Source: an uncultured Gammaproteobacteria bacterium (GTDB lineage: Bacteria; Patescibacteriota; Patescibacteriia; JAHIZJ01). From it: a DNA stretch of 64,000 bases. The position numbers and the translations under genes are program-made. Position 1 is the stretch's first letter. Every line of letters begins with the position of its first letter. The stretch covers positions 53,128-117,127 of the forward strand of contig CAYJKP010000001.1 of the NCBI GenBank assembly GCA_964371245.1. Direction: 5' to 3'. Of the stretch, positions 50,052-59,005 are shown one piece after another. Under the pieces are notes generated by a model. It did not search any database. It had not been told where the DNA came from and was given only the letters and a program-made list of their open reading frames with translations.

Positions 50052-51935
50052 ATGAAGACAAAACGAATAATAATTATTGCCACATCATTCATTATCGGTC
50101 TGCTTGTGGTTTCCGGAGCAGCCGTTTATTTTTTTCTCTGGCAGCCAAAAGTAACATTGGTTTCGCCGGCGGACGAGGCGACTCAGGTTGCGCTTGACGC
50201 AACGATTCTCATCCGGTTTGATAAACCAATCAATCGCCGCGCGCTCGTTCCGAGATTGACACCGGATTTGGACGGCGAGTGGAGTTATGAATCGCCGCTG
50301 GCTGGCCGTCAAATGTATCAAGCCATTCGGTTTGTGCCCAACCGCGTTTTTGAGCCGAGCACCCGGTACACTGTGGCCCTGGAAGGAATTACTGACCTGG
50401 CGCAGTACGCGCAGCCAAAAACCTATACCATTACCTTTATCACCCAAGAATTGCCAACAGTCTCAAGCGTGGCGCCAGCTGACGGCTCAACGACAGTGTC
50501 ACCGCAGACGAACATCGAAATCGCCTTGACTGGAGCGAATCACGACTATGCCGAGTTTGAGGTTGTTTTCGATCCAGCGATTGCCTACACGCCGCGGCAA
50601 AACGAGACACTGGATCGATATACGATTATTCCTGATACCAAGTTCAACCAGGGTGCAACCTATACACTGACCATCAACCGTTCGTTTGTTGTCCGGGATC
50701 GACAAACGCAGGTCATTACCTATCGAGGCGAGCCCGAAAAAATGTATCAGGGAACTTTTACGATCGCGCCGCCGCCGCGGGCTGAAAAAGTATATCCGAC
50801 CGGCGAACAGGTATTCACTGACGAAAAACCGACGCTAATGTTTACCGAACCGATGGATAGCGCTAGTTTAAATGAACATTTCATCGTCACGCCCGTTATC
50901 GCCGGGGAGCTCTCATTGTCTGATGATCAATCGACCGCCACCTTCACGCCCGCCGTCGCGTTGACTTTTGATACCGACTATCGCATAACAGTCACCGCTG
51001 GCGCCGAAAATGCGAATGGGGGATTTTTACCGGAAGACGTTACCTACACGTTTCATACCATCGGCCCGGTCGAGGCGACGCACCATGCACCGTCGGACGG
51101 AGCCACCGGCGTAGCGATCGGCAGCAGCATCGCGGTATCGTTTAATCAGGCGGTTGATCGCGCCTCAGCTGAAAAGGCGTTCATTACCGAACCGGCGATC
51201 TACGGATCATTTACCTGGAACGATCAAACCATGACGTTCAAACCAAACAACGCGCTGTTGTTTGATACAACCTATCAGGTTCGGCTCACCAGCGGCATTC
51301 AAAGCATTCGTGGCCAAAATTCCCGGGCAACCTACGGTTTCACATTCGCAACAGCGCCGTCGACCGTGAAGCTCAACGTTGCCATCGACTTACAAGACCA
51401 CGCTTTATCATGTGAAGCCGCCGCGCTGAAAATGGCCCTGGCAAATAAAGGCGTGCGCGTGTCAGAAAACGATATTATGAACTATGTCGGATTCGATCCG
51501 ACGCCACACAAGGGCTCAACCTGGGGCGATGCCTATCGCGCATACGTCGGCGACATCAACGGCCGGCAAAATACTACCGGTTATGGCGTCTATTGGGATC
51601 CGATCGCGCAAGCGGCCAATCATTGGCGCCCAAGCCAAGCCTTCACTGGTTGGACCGCGAGCCAGGTCGCTGAGGAAATTGACAGCGGAAATGCCGTTGT
51701 GATCTGGGGAGTGTACGGCCGGGGCTATGAAGATTCATGGTACACGCCGACGGGAAAATACATCTATGCTTGGAAAGGCGAGCATGCCCGAACGGTCATC
51801 GGTTTTATTGGGAGCGTCGACAATCCGATCAAGTTTATCATCAATGATCCCTATGCCGGTCAGATAACCTGGACGAAAGCGCAACTTGAAAGCAACTGGG
51901 GAATATTTGGCAATGCTGGAGTAGTCGTGCGGTAG
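50052..51935 (+). CDS. Membrane-anchored Ig-like (Big_5) repeats plus C39-like peptidase
   Basis: Repeated P.DG...I...F..P/A.D units; QDHALSCEAA, EHARTVIG, INDP. Confidence 0.85.
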   Translation: MKTKRIIIIATSFIIGLLVVSGAAVYFFLWQPKVTLVSPADEATQVALDATILIRFDKPINRRALVPRLTPDLDGEWSYESPLAGRQMYQAIRFVPNRVFEPSTRYTVALEGITDLAQYAQPKTYTITFITQELPTVSSVAPADGSTTVSPQTNIEIALTGANHDYAEFEVVFDPAIAYTPRQNETLDRYTIIPDTKFNQGATYTLTINRSFVVRDRQTQVITYRGEPEKMYQGTFTIAPPPRAEKVYPTGEQVFTDEKPTLMFTEPMDSASLNEHFIVTPVIAGELSLSDDQSTATFTPAVALTFDTDYRITVTAGAENANGGFLPEDVTYTFHTIGPVEATHHAPSDGATGVAIGSSIAVSFNQAVDRASAEKAFITEPAIYGSFTWNDQTMTFKPNNALLFDTTYQVRLTSGIQSIRGQNSRATYGFTFATAPSTVKLNVAIDLQDHALSCEAAALKMALANKGVRVSENDIMNYVGFDPTPHKGSTWGDAYRAYVGDINGRQNTTGYGVYWDPIAQAANHWRPSQAFTGWTASQVAEEIDSGNAVVIWGVYGRGYEDSWYTPTGKYIYAWKGEHARTVIGFIGSVDNPIKFIINDPYAGQITWTKAQLESNWGIFGNAGVVVR

Positions 51936-51992
51936 AGATTGTTAAGCAATAAAAAATGGCTCATTTGCAGCCATTATTTTTTATTTGTCTCC

Positions 51993-52152
51993 AAAAGAAA
52001 AACTCCCCAGCGGTTCTCGGGATGAACCACTGAGGAGCGTGTGGCCGGTCCCCCCTCCGGACTGTGTTTCGGCCACGTTACTATGGTATGAACGAATAGA
52101 CACGTTCTGATAGCGTTTAATGACTTCTATTGATAGGGCACCAGTTGTTTCG
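51993..52152 (-). ncRNA. Candidate stand-alone sRNA
   Basis: Promoter TTGACA(52187)-17-TACCAT; GTGGCCG/CGGCCAC stem; terminator stem 52003-52037 plus T-tract; no credible ORF. Confidence 0.5.
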
Positions 52153-52255
52153 GATTCAATGGTAGGGATTAATTGACGCCGTGTCAAGACTACCGCGATC
52201 GGGTTTGAATATGGTATAATAACAGCACCTTTTTTAATACTAAATCAAGAAAACC

Positions 52256-55200
52256 ATGAACTCAGTAAAAAATTCCAGTCAAAAAACCGGGAAATTTTTA
52301 CGCGCCCAGAAAAAAGTAAAAGGTCCGGCGTCGTCTTCTCGAACCTTGCGAAAAACACAGGGTGGATTTGCCCTACTCGGAAAGCAATTTTTACCCATTA
52401 TTATTGTTCTCATTATAGCCGTCCTGGCTGCGGCTGTACTGCTCTATCGCCAGTCCAGCCAGTCAAACTATGCCGGCATTACTCGACCGGAGCTGACCGG
52501 ACAATTCGGATTGAAGGCGGTTAAGACCGATTCGGCCGGGATTGAGCCAACCACTACCTTTTTGTTAAGCTCGAATCGATCACTCTCAGCCGATGTTATC
52601 GAAGAATTGGTTACTTTTTCGCCGGAAGTGAAATATAAAGTCCGCAAACTGAAGGAAGAATCTTCTTTTAACGGTTTTTTGAGCAAAGTATTCGCCCAAG
52701 AGCCCAATACGAACAACACGAATGGGGAATCAGCCGTTAGCTCATATGAATTAAAGCCTGTCACGGCGCTCCACGAAGACACGAACTATCAAGTAACCAT
52801 TGCAAAAACAAAGTACTCGGACCGGGAATATCAGTGGGCTTTTCCGGTAAAGGCAAAGTTCCAGGTTCTGGAATCGCATCCTCGGCACCAGGCGACCTAT
52901 GTGCCGACAAATTCTACCGTTGAGATCACGATGAATCGAGAGAAATTTATCACCCCGGAAAAACATTTCTCACTCTCCCCGAATGTTGAGGGTACGCTCG
53001 AGCAGCACGGCAACCGGCTTGTTTTTTTGAGCAACCAACTGGCTGAAAAAACAGTTTATACCGCAACGCTAAAAAAGGGATTGAAGGTTGAGGGCAGTGA
53101 TGAAGAATTAACGCAAGACTATACCTTCAGTTTTGAGACAAGCGAATCGACGTATTCGTCGGGCCGAGCTCAATTTCGATTTAATTCGGACTTCCTGGAA
53201 TTTCTGCCGGACAAACAACCCTATTTCAGCGTCTACTATTATAATTTTGAACCCAAGGATCTCCAGGCAAATTTATACCGCTTTGATAAAGCCGATCAGT
53301 TTATATCCGCCTACCAAAACAGCCGCAACTGGAATCTCCGCTGGACGCATTTCACCTGGGAGGGAGCGGGCAGCCAATATGAGCCGGATCCCGATCAGCT
53401 GATGCTTACGTTTCCAGTCAATATTGTCCAGGTTGATTATCAGAAATTTTTTGAGGTGCCCCAAAAACTTGACCCGGGCTATTATCTCATCGATCTCCAG
53501 GCGGCTGACCAGCGTCACCAAGTCTGGTTGCAAATCACCCCAGTCTCACATTATTTTTCGGTCACGCACGAAAACAGTCTTGTCTGGCTGGCTGACTTTC
53601 CAAGTAAAGAGCCAACGCAGAATACCCAGATAACCTTTGTTGATCAGGCTGGTGAAGACGTAAAACTTGGCAAAACTGACTCGAATGGCCTGATCCAATT
53701 TGCCACACCAACGAGCCTAACCCAGTCCGTCATCGCTTCCCCGACGCCAAAATTTATCAAAGCCGCAACCGAGGACCAGCCGCTCTATATCCGGGTAAGC
53801 GACAAATACGGCTATCGCTCGACAGCGGCCGAGGGTGATCCGTACTGGGACTACTTGTCACTTGATCGCTATGTCTATCAGATGACGGATACGGTTCGGT
53901 TTTGGGGCGTTGTCCAAGGGCGGACCGAGGACATGCGCGAGAAAAAGGTGACGGCGGCAATTACGAGCGGGTATTATTATTACAATGAAGACGGATCGCA
54001 ATCGGATTTGCCGGTTCTGCAAAGCAAAGAGGTCGTTGTCTCGCCGTTTAACACGATTGAAGGCGATCTCTCGTTTACCGGATTAACGCCTGGAACGTAC
54101 AACGTCATGGTTCGTGACGGCGAGCGAACAATTTCCTCGGCGACCTTTGAAGTCATGACCTATATCAAGCCGGCCTATCAAATCACCGTGACGCCATCGA
54201 AACAGGCTATTTTTGCAGGCGAGCCGATCGACTTCGCGGTCCAGGCGAAGTTCTACGACGGTACGCCGGTACCGAATATCGCGCTGAAATATTACAGCTG
54301 GTGGAACGATGCCGTCCAAGGCGAGCTGAAATTGGACAGCGACGGCGAAGGTACGTTTACGTACACGCCAGCCTATACCGAGAGCGACTATCAATACTAT
54401 CCACGATACTTCGAAATGACGTTTTCGCCGTCCTTGGCTGAGGAAGGGGAGATTTCCGGCGCGGGCGGCGTCCTCGTTTTCGGACCGCATATGTCGCTTG
54501 AAACGAAATCAACCTACACCGGCGATCATAACTATCTCTTTACTGCGAAACTGAATTCGATCGTGTTGAAAGACTTGCCGACCAGTAATAATGGTAATTC
54601 CGATTCGTATTCCTTGTTGTCCGAATACATTGGCGAGCCTGTGCCGGACCACGTTCTTAACGCAAAAGTAGTAAAAACAACCATTCAAAAGATCGAGGAC
54701 GGGACATACTATGACCCGATCAATCGAGTCAACCAGAAGAAATATCGGTATGAATCGAAAGACGATATCATTGAGGAGCTGCAGGGGAAGACTGACGCAA
54801 ACGGCGAGTGGAGTTTTACCAGAGAATATCCCTATCAGGAGCTTGTTGGTTACCGAGTTGAATGTACGGGTCAGGATCAAGAGGGTCGGAACTTCAAATC
54901 CACCCAGTACATGTATTCTGGCGAAGGGTATATTCCGGGCAAGGAATTTAATGCGATACTCAGCCTGAACAACAATAACGGGACGACCCAATATTCAGTC
55001 GACGACCCGGTCAAACCTGAAGTACGCATTACCCTGGGACAATTGCCTGAAAAGTCGAAAATACTTTATTATCGTCGCCAAAACCAGATCGACAAAACCT
55101 GGGTGACGTCGGATCTAACGCTGGAAGAGAATTTTTCCCAGCAGTTTGTTCCCTCTGTTACGTATCGGGCAGTAATGCTCGGTCCGACTGGTTTTGTGGA

Positions 55201-57799
55201 AACGGGTGACGAGACGGCAGCATTTAAGAAAACCGACCGAGCGCTGTCAATAGAAATAAATCCGGATAAAACCGGCTATCGACCGGGTGAAAAAGTTACT
55301 CTGAACGTAGCCGTAACCGATAAAGACAAGAAGCCGGTTGCGGCCCAGGTCAATCTGGCCGCTGTTGACGAGGCGCTCTTCCACGTCGTGCCGTATTCTT
55401 GGCAACCAAAGATTCTCGACAGCCTCTACCGGAACGTAACCGTGTGGCCGCTTTCCGGCGCATCTGATTACGCCTTATTGGAGCAGGGGGCTGAACGCGG
55501 CGGCTGTTTCGGGGCGGATACCGCCATCCTCATGGCTGATAAAAAGACCAAGCCGATCCAAGATATCAAAGTGGGCGATACCGTTCTCGCTTCAGCGGGC
55601 GATGGCACAACTGTCGTGAAACCAGCCGTCGTTCAAGGGACGTCCGTTCACCTGGTGAATACGTTCCTCGTCATTAACGGCTCGCTCGTCGTCACGCCGG
55701 AACACCCACTCTTTGCGAATGATCGCTGGCAGCCGGCTGGAAACCTGAAAACAGGCGATGTCTTATTGGGCAGCGATGGAAAAGCCAAGCCGATTGAGTC
55801 AGTCGTGACGACGACGGATCGCTCAATCCCGGTCTATAATCTCGTTGTCGGCACGTATCATACCTATTTTGCCAATGGCCTCCTGGCTCATAATGCCGAA
55901 AAGGCCGGTGGCCCACGTTCCAACTTTGTCGATGTTGCGCTCTATCAGACCATTGAAACCAACATGAGCGGCCAAGGTTCAGCTACCTTTACCGCACCCG
56001 ACAATCTTACCTCCTGGCGGGTCACTGCCCTGGCGTACGACCCTGATCTGATTCTGGCTGGCCAAACGGCCAAGCTCGTGCCAGTCGCACTGCCGCTGTT
56101 CGTCGACAGTACCTTGAACTCATTCTATCGGACAAATGACAAACCGATTGTTCGAGTACGCGCCTTTGGCAACGATTATCAGGTCGGTCAGGCGACGGAT
56201 TTCGCTCTAACCAGCACCTCGCTCAACCTCAATCTCGCCAAAACCTCGACTGACCGGGAAGTACGTTTTGATCTCGGCGCAATCCCGGCCGGTGACCATG
56301 ATATTACGGTTGGCGTAAAGCAAGGTCAGGCTCAGGATTCCGTAAAACGTCAACTCCAGGTAATCGATAATCACTTCCGGATCGTTCAAGCCAAAGAATA
56401 CGCCGTCACCAATGACCTGAAAGACATCGAAGGGAACACCCAGGCCTACACCCACCTGGTATTTGCCGACGCCGGCCGTGGCAAATATTTTCAGCCACTC
56501 CTTGAGCTCAGTTACGAAACGGGCGTTCGCTCGGATCAAACGGCGGCTGCGTACACGGCGAATGCGTTGCTCGAAAAATATTTCAAATACCCGGCGCCCG
56601 AGCCGCTTGATCTCTCCGGGTTTCAGGTCCAGGATACCGGCGCTTTAGCGCTCTTTCCGTATAGCGATAGCGATTTAGAAGTCTCGGCAAAACTCGCTGA
56701 TTTGGCTCGAGCCAACGTGCCCGAAGCCGAGCTGAACCGGTATTTCACAACCTCTCTCTCGGACGATAAAGCCGATCTCAATCGGATTAGTAAGGCACTC
56801 TATGGCTTGGCGAGTCTGGGCGAGCCGGTTCTCGCGAAGATCCAAACCGTGCTTCAGCAATCAGAGTTATCAGTGGAAGACCGTCTCTATCTGGCCATCG
56901 GTTTGATCAGGCTGGGCGATCAGGAAGGGGCGAGACTCGTGTATCAAGATGCCATTCGAATAAATCTCCGTTTTGAAGGGGGCGAGGCGTGGCTGGAAAG
57001 CGAGAGCGATCTGACGCGTCGAGTAAAACTCACCGGTTTATCGGGCATTCTCGCGGCTGAGTTAAAATTAACGGATGACGCCAACGCACTCTGGAGCTAC
57101 CTGTCTGGTCACTACCCAGAAACCGATCTTGACGGTATCGAGCGCGCCTTGATGATCCGGGCGCTCCTGGTCATGGCCGATCCGTCGGCAGCCAGTTTTA
57201 CCTACGATACCGGTAGCCGAAAGGAAACCGTCAAATTAGAGAACGGCGCTACATACGCGCTTGATTTGGCGGCTGTGGAATTGACTGCTCTCCGTTTCAG
57301 CGATGTCACAGGCAATATCGTGCTGGTCAGCTGGTTTGAGCGGAGTAAGAATCCGGAGGAACTCCCCCGCAACCCCGATCTCGTTTTGACTCGAAAGTAC
57401 CTCGTGAATGATAAGCCGACGACGACGTTTGCTGAGGGGGATATTGTTAAGGTTCGCCTCGATCCGAATATTGGCGCGAACGCCATCGACGGCTTGTACC
57501 AGGTGACGGATTATCTGCCGAGTGGCTTGCGACCAATCACTCAACTGTATAATCGAAATTTATCGTCTGGTACGGAATGCGATCCGATCTGGTACCCGTC
57601 CATGATCATGAACCAGAGCGTGTATTTCACCATCGGAAAGGACTTTGATCGCACCCCTGACTGCACAAACCGAACGCTCAACTATTACGCCCGGGTTGTT
57701 AGCCCCGGCGGATACTCGGCCGAACCGGCAGTCATCCAGTCGCTCAAGAATCTCACGAGCTTAAACTTAACCGACGCACATAATATTACGATTAAGTAG
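52256..57799 (+). CDS. Alpha-2-macroglobulin family protein with Ig-like domains and an internal Hint domain
   Basis: LSLDRYVY (MG2), Y.KPAYQI, YRPGEKV, LAAVDEA, PDNLTSWRVTA, VTDYLPSG, YYARVVSPG.Y.AEPA. Confidence 0.9.
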   Translation: MNSVKNSSQKTGKFLRAQKKVKGPASSSRTLRKTQGGFALLGKQFLPIIIVLIIAVLAAAVLLYRQSSQSNYAGITRPELTGQFGLKAVKTDSAGIEPTTTFLLSSNRSLSADVIEELVTFSPEVKYKVRKLKEESSFNGFLSKVFAQEPNTNNTNGESAVSSYELKPVTALHEDTNYQVTIAKTKYSDREYQWAFPVKAKFQVLESHPRHQATYVPTNSTVEITMNREKFITPEKHFSLSPNVEGTLEQHGNRLVFLSNQLAEKTVYTATLKKGLKVEGSDEELTQDYTFSFETSESTYSSGRAQFRFNSDFLEFLPDKQPYFSVYYYNFEPKDLQANLYRFDKADQFISAYQNSRNWNLRWTHFTWEGAGSQYEPDPDQLMLTFPVNIVQVDYQKFFEVPQKLDPGYYLIDLQAADQRHQVWLQITPVSHYFSVTHENSLVWLADFPSKEPTQNTQITFVDQAGEDVKLGKTDSNGLIQFATPTSLTQSVIASPTPKFIKAATEDQPLYIRVSDKYGYRSTAAEGDPYWDYLSLDRYVYQMTDTVRFWGVVQGRTEDMREKKVTAAITSGYYYYNEDGSQSDLPVLQSKEVVVSPFNTIEGDLSFTGLTPGTYNVMVRDGERTISSATFEVMTYIKPAYQITVTPSKQAIFAGEPIDFAVQAKFYDGTPVPNIALKYYSWWNDAVQGELKLDSDGEGTFTYTPAYTESDYQYYPRYFEMTFSPSLAEEGEISGAGGVLVFGPHMSLETKSTYTGDHNYLFTAKLNSIVLKDLPTSNNGNSDSYSLLSEYIGEPVPDHVLNAKVVKTTIQKIEDGTYYDPINRVNQKKYRYESKDDIIEELQGKTDANGEWSFTREYPYQELVGYRVECTGQDQEGRNFKSTQYMYSGEGYIPGKEFNAILSLNNNNGTTQYSVDDPVKPEVRITLGQLPEKSKILYYRRQNQIDKTWVTSDLTLEENFSQQFVPSVTYRAVMLGPTGFVETGDETAAFKKTDRALSIEINPDKTGYRPGEKVTLNVAVTDKDKKPVAAQVNLAAVDEALFHVVPYSWQPKILDSLYRNVTVWPLSGASDYALLEQGAERGGCFGADTAILMADKKTKPIQDIKVGDTVLASAGDGTTVVKPAVVQGTSVHLVNTFLVINGSLVVTPEHPLFANDRWQPAGNLKTGDVLLGSDGKAKPIESVVTTTDRSIPVYNLVVGTYHTYFANGLLAHNAEKAGGPRSNFVDVALYQTIETNMSGQGSATFTAPDNLTSWRVTALAYDPDLILAGQTAKLVPVALPLFVDSTLNSFYRTNDKPIVRVRAFGNDYQVGQATDFALTSTSLNLNLAKTSTDREVRFDLGAIPAGDHDITVGVKQGQAQDSVKRQLQVIDNHFRIVQAKEYAVTNDLKDIEGNTQAYTHLVFADAGRGKYFQPLLELSYETGVRSDQTAAAYTANALLEKYFKYPAPEPLDLSGFQVQDTGALALFPYSDSDLEVSAKLADLARANVPEAELNRYFTTSLSDDKADLNRISKALYGLASLGEPVLAKIQTVLQQSELSVEDRLYLAIGLIRLGDQEGARLVYQDAIRINLRFEGGEAWLESESDLTRRVKLTGLSGILAAELKLTDDANALWSYLSGHYPETDLDGIERALMIRALLVMADPSAASFTYDTGSRKETVKLENGATYALDLAAVELTALRFSDVTGNIVLVSWFERSKNPEELPRNPDLVLTRKYLVNDKPTTTFAEGDIVKVRLDPNIGANAIDGLYQVTDYLPSGLRPITQLYNRNLSSGTECDPIWYPSMIMNQSVYFTIGKDFDRTPDCTNRTLNYYARVVSPGGYSAEPAVIQSLKNLTSLNLTDAHNITIK
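55505..55894 (+). other. Hint (BIL/PT-HINT-like) domain, 130 aa
   Basis: CFGADT (block A), IQDIKVGD, TPEHP (block B), VYNL.V..YHTYFANGLLAHN (blocks F/G); next residue is Ala. Confidence 0.92.
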
Positions 57800-57815
57800 A
57801 CTCGCGTCAGTCAGT

Positions 57816-58700
57816 GTGCTAATTGGGCTCCTCTGCCTCATTGGCGGAGGAGCTTGGTTGATACTGGCGCCAAAAAAGTCGACCGGGGAAAATGTAGCCA
57901 GCGTAAATTCTCAACAGCCTCAAACGATCCGGTCAACTGGTTTTTTTGAATACACGGAAGCCATTGACCGTGTTTTTTCTGAAACGCAACCGGCGTCGTT
58001 TGCCGACCAGACACCCGTTCAGCTTGGCCTTACCTCGCATCATCTTCCGACCGCCGCTCCATTGATCGCACGATTTTATGCCACTCTGCAGAAGCAATTG
58101 GGACCGCGAAAAACGTTCGTTATTGTTGGGCCCGATCACGCTGAACGTTGCCCTCAATATGTAACCACGACCGCTCTTCCATATCAAACACCCTACGGTC
58201 TGTTACCGATTGATCCGGAGGTATCAGCGGCCGCGCAGGCGGCTGGCGCAGCCATCAGCGAAGGTTGTTTTATAGGCGAGCATTCAACGAGCGTTCAAGC
58301 ACTCTTTGTTCGGCGGAACTTTCCCGAGGCACTGGTCGTGCCGATACTCTTATCCTCAGCGACAAGCGATGAGTCGCTGCGCCGACTCGCCCAAGCGCTC
58401 TCGGCCCGGTCGGATTCGATCACCGTTATTGGCAGCGTCGATTTTTCTCACGCCCTGCCAGCAGCCGAGGCGCGACAACGCGATGCTGCAACCGATCAAA
58501 TATTGCTCAAGCAAAACGTATCTAGCCTAACACTTGATCAGGTCGATTCGCCGCCGACATTGAAACTCCTGTATTTGTTAAATCAGCGGTTAGGGAATAA
58601 CCCCCCGGTAATTTTTGATCGTGCAAATACAGTTGATTATACCGGTGCGGCTGAGAACACAACCGGCTATAGAAACATGATGTTTTTTAATTCGGAGTAG
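57816..58700 (+). CDS. MEMO1 / AmmeMemoRadiSam protein B-like, N-terminally anchored
   Basis: SHH, GPDH, TPYG, GEHS, SVDFSH. Confidence 0.8.
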   Translation: MLIGLLCLIGGGAWLILAPKKSTGENVASVNSQQPQTIRSTGFFEYTEAIDRVFSETQPASFADQTPVQLGLTSHHLPTAAPLIARFYATLQKQLGPRKTFVIVGPDHAERCPQYVTTTALPYQTPYGLLPIDPEVSAAAQAAGAAISEGCFIGEHSTSVQALFVRRNFPEALVVPILLSSATSDESLRRLAQALSARSDSITVIGSVDFSHALPAAEARQRDAATDQILLKQNVSSLTLDQVDSPPTLKLLYLLNQRLGNNPPVIFDRANTVDYTGAAENTTGYRNMMFFNSE

Positions 58701-58744
58701 ACAAAAATAATAAAACATGGTAAAATAGATATGAAGGAGAAACC

Positions 58745-59005
58745 ATGACTGCTAATTTAACACAAAAAACGATCGAGCAGTTTTTTCAGGAAAATAATGT
58801 ACCTGAGGATAAACGGGAGAAGGTACTGATGACCGTGACCAATCTGGTCTATGAACGGAACATGCACGTGATCGATTGGGAGAAGGCGGACGGCGAGGAA
58901 AAAGCCAAGCTCGAAGTGCTTATTGCCGACAAAGAGAAAACCATCAATCAGAAGGTCGCCGACATTCTCAACGGCAAAGACGTGGAAATTCATTATGACT
59001 TCTAA
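58745..59005 (+). CDS. Hypothetical protein (86 aa)
   Basis: AAGGAG SD, TAAAAT upstream, overlaps gpmI start. Confidence 0.7.
   Translation: MTANLTQKTIEQFFQENNVPEDKREKVLMTVTNLVYERNMHVIDWEKADGEEKAKLEVLIADKEKTINQKVADILNGKDVEIHYDF

Noticed and set aside
52040-52078. SRP-like CAGTCCGGAGG on the minus strand
   Set aside because: Lacks the CAGG..GGAA..AGCAG helix 8 signature.
52350-52400. KTQGGF as a type IV prepilin cleavage site in A2M
   Set aside because: No Glu at +5 and polar residues follow; a plain TM anchor is more parsimonious.
55505-55894. Classical mobile intein
   Set aside because: No homing endonuclease, the +1 residue is Ala, and the host is an exported protein.
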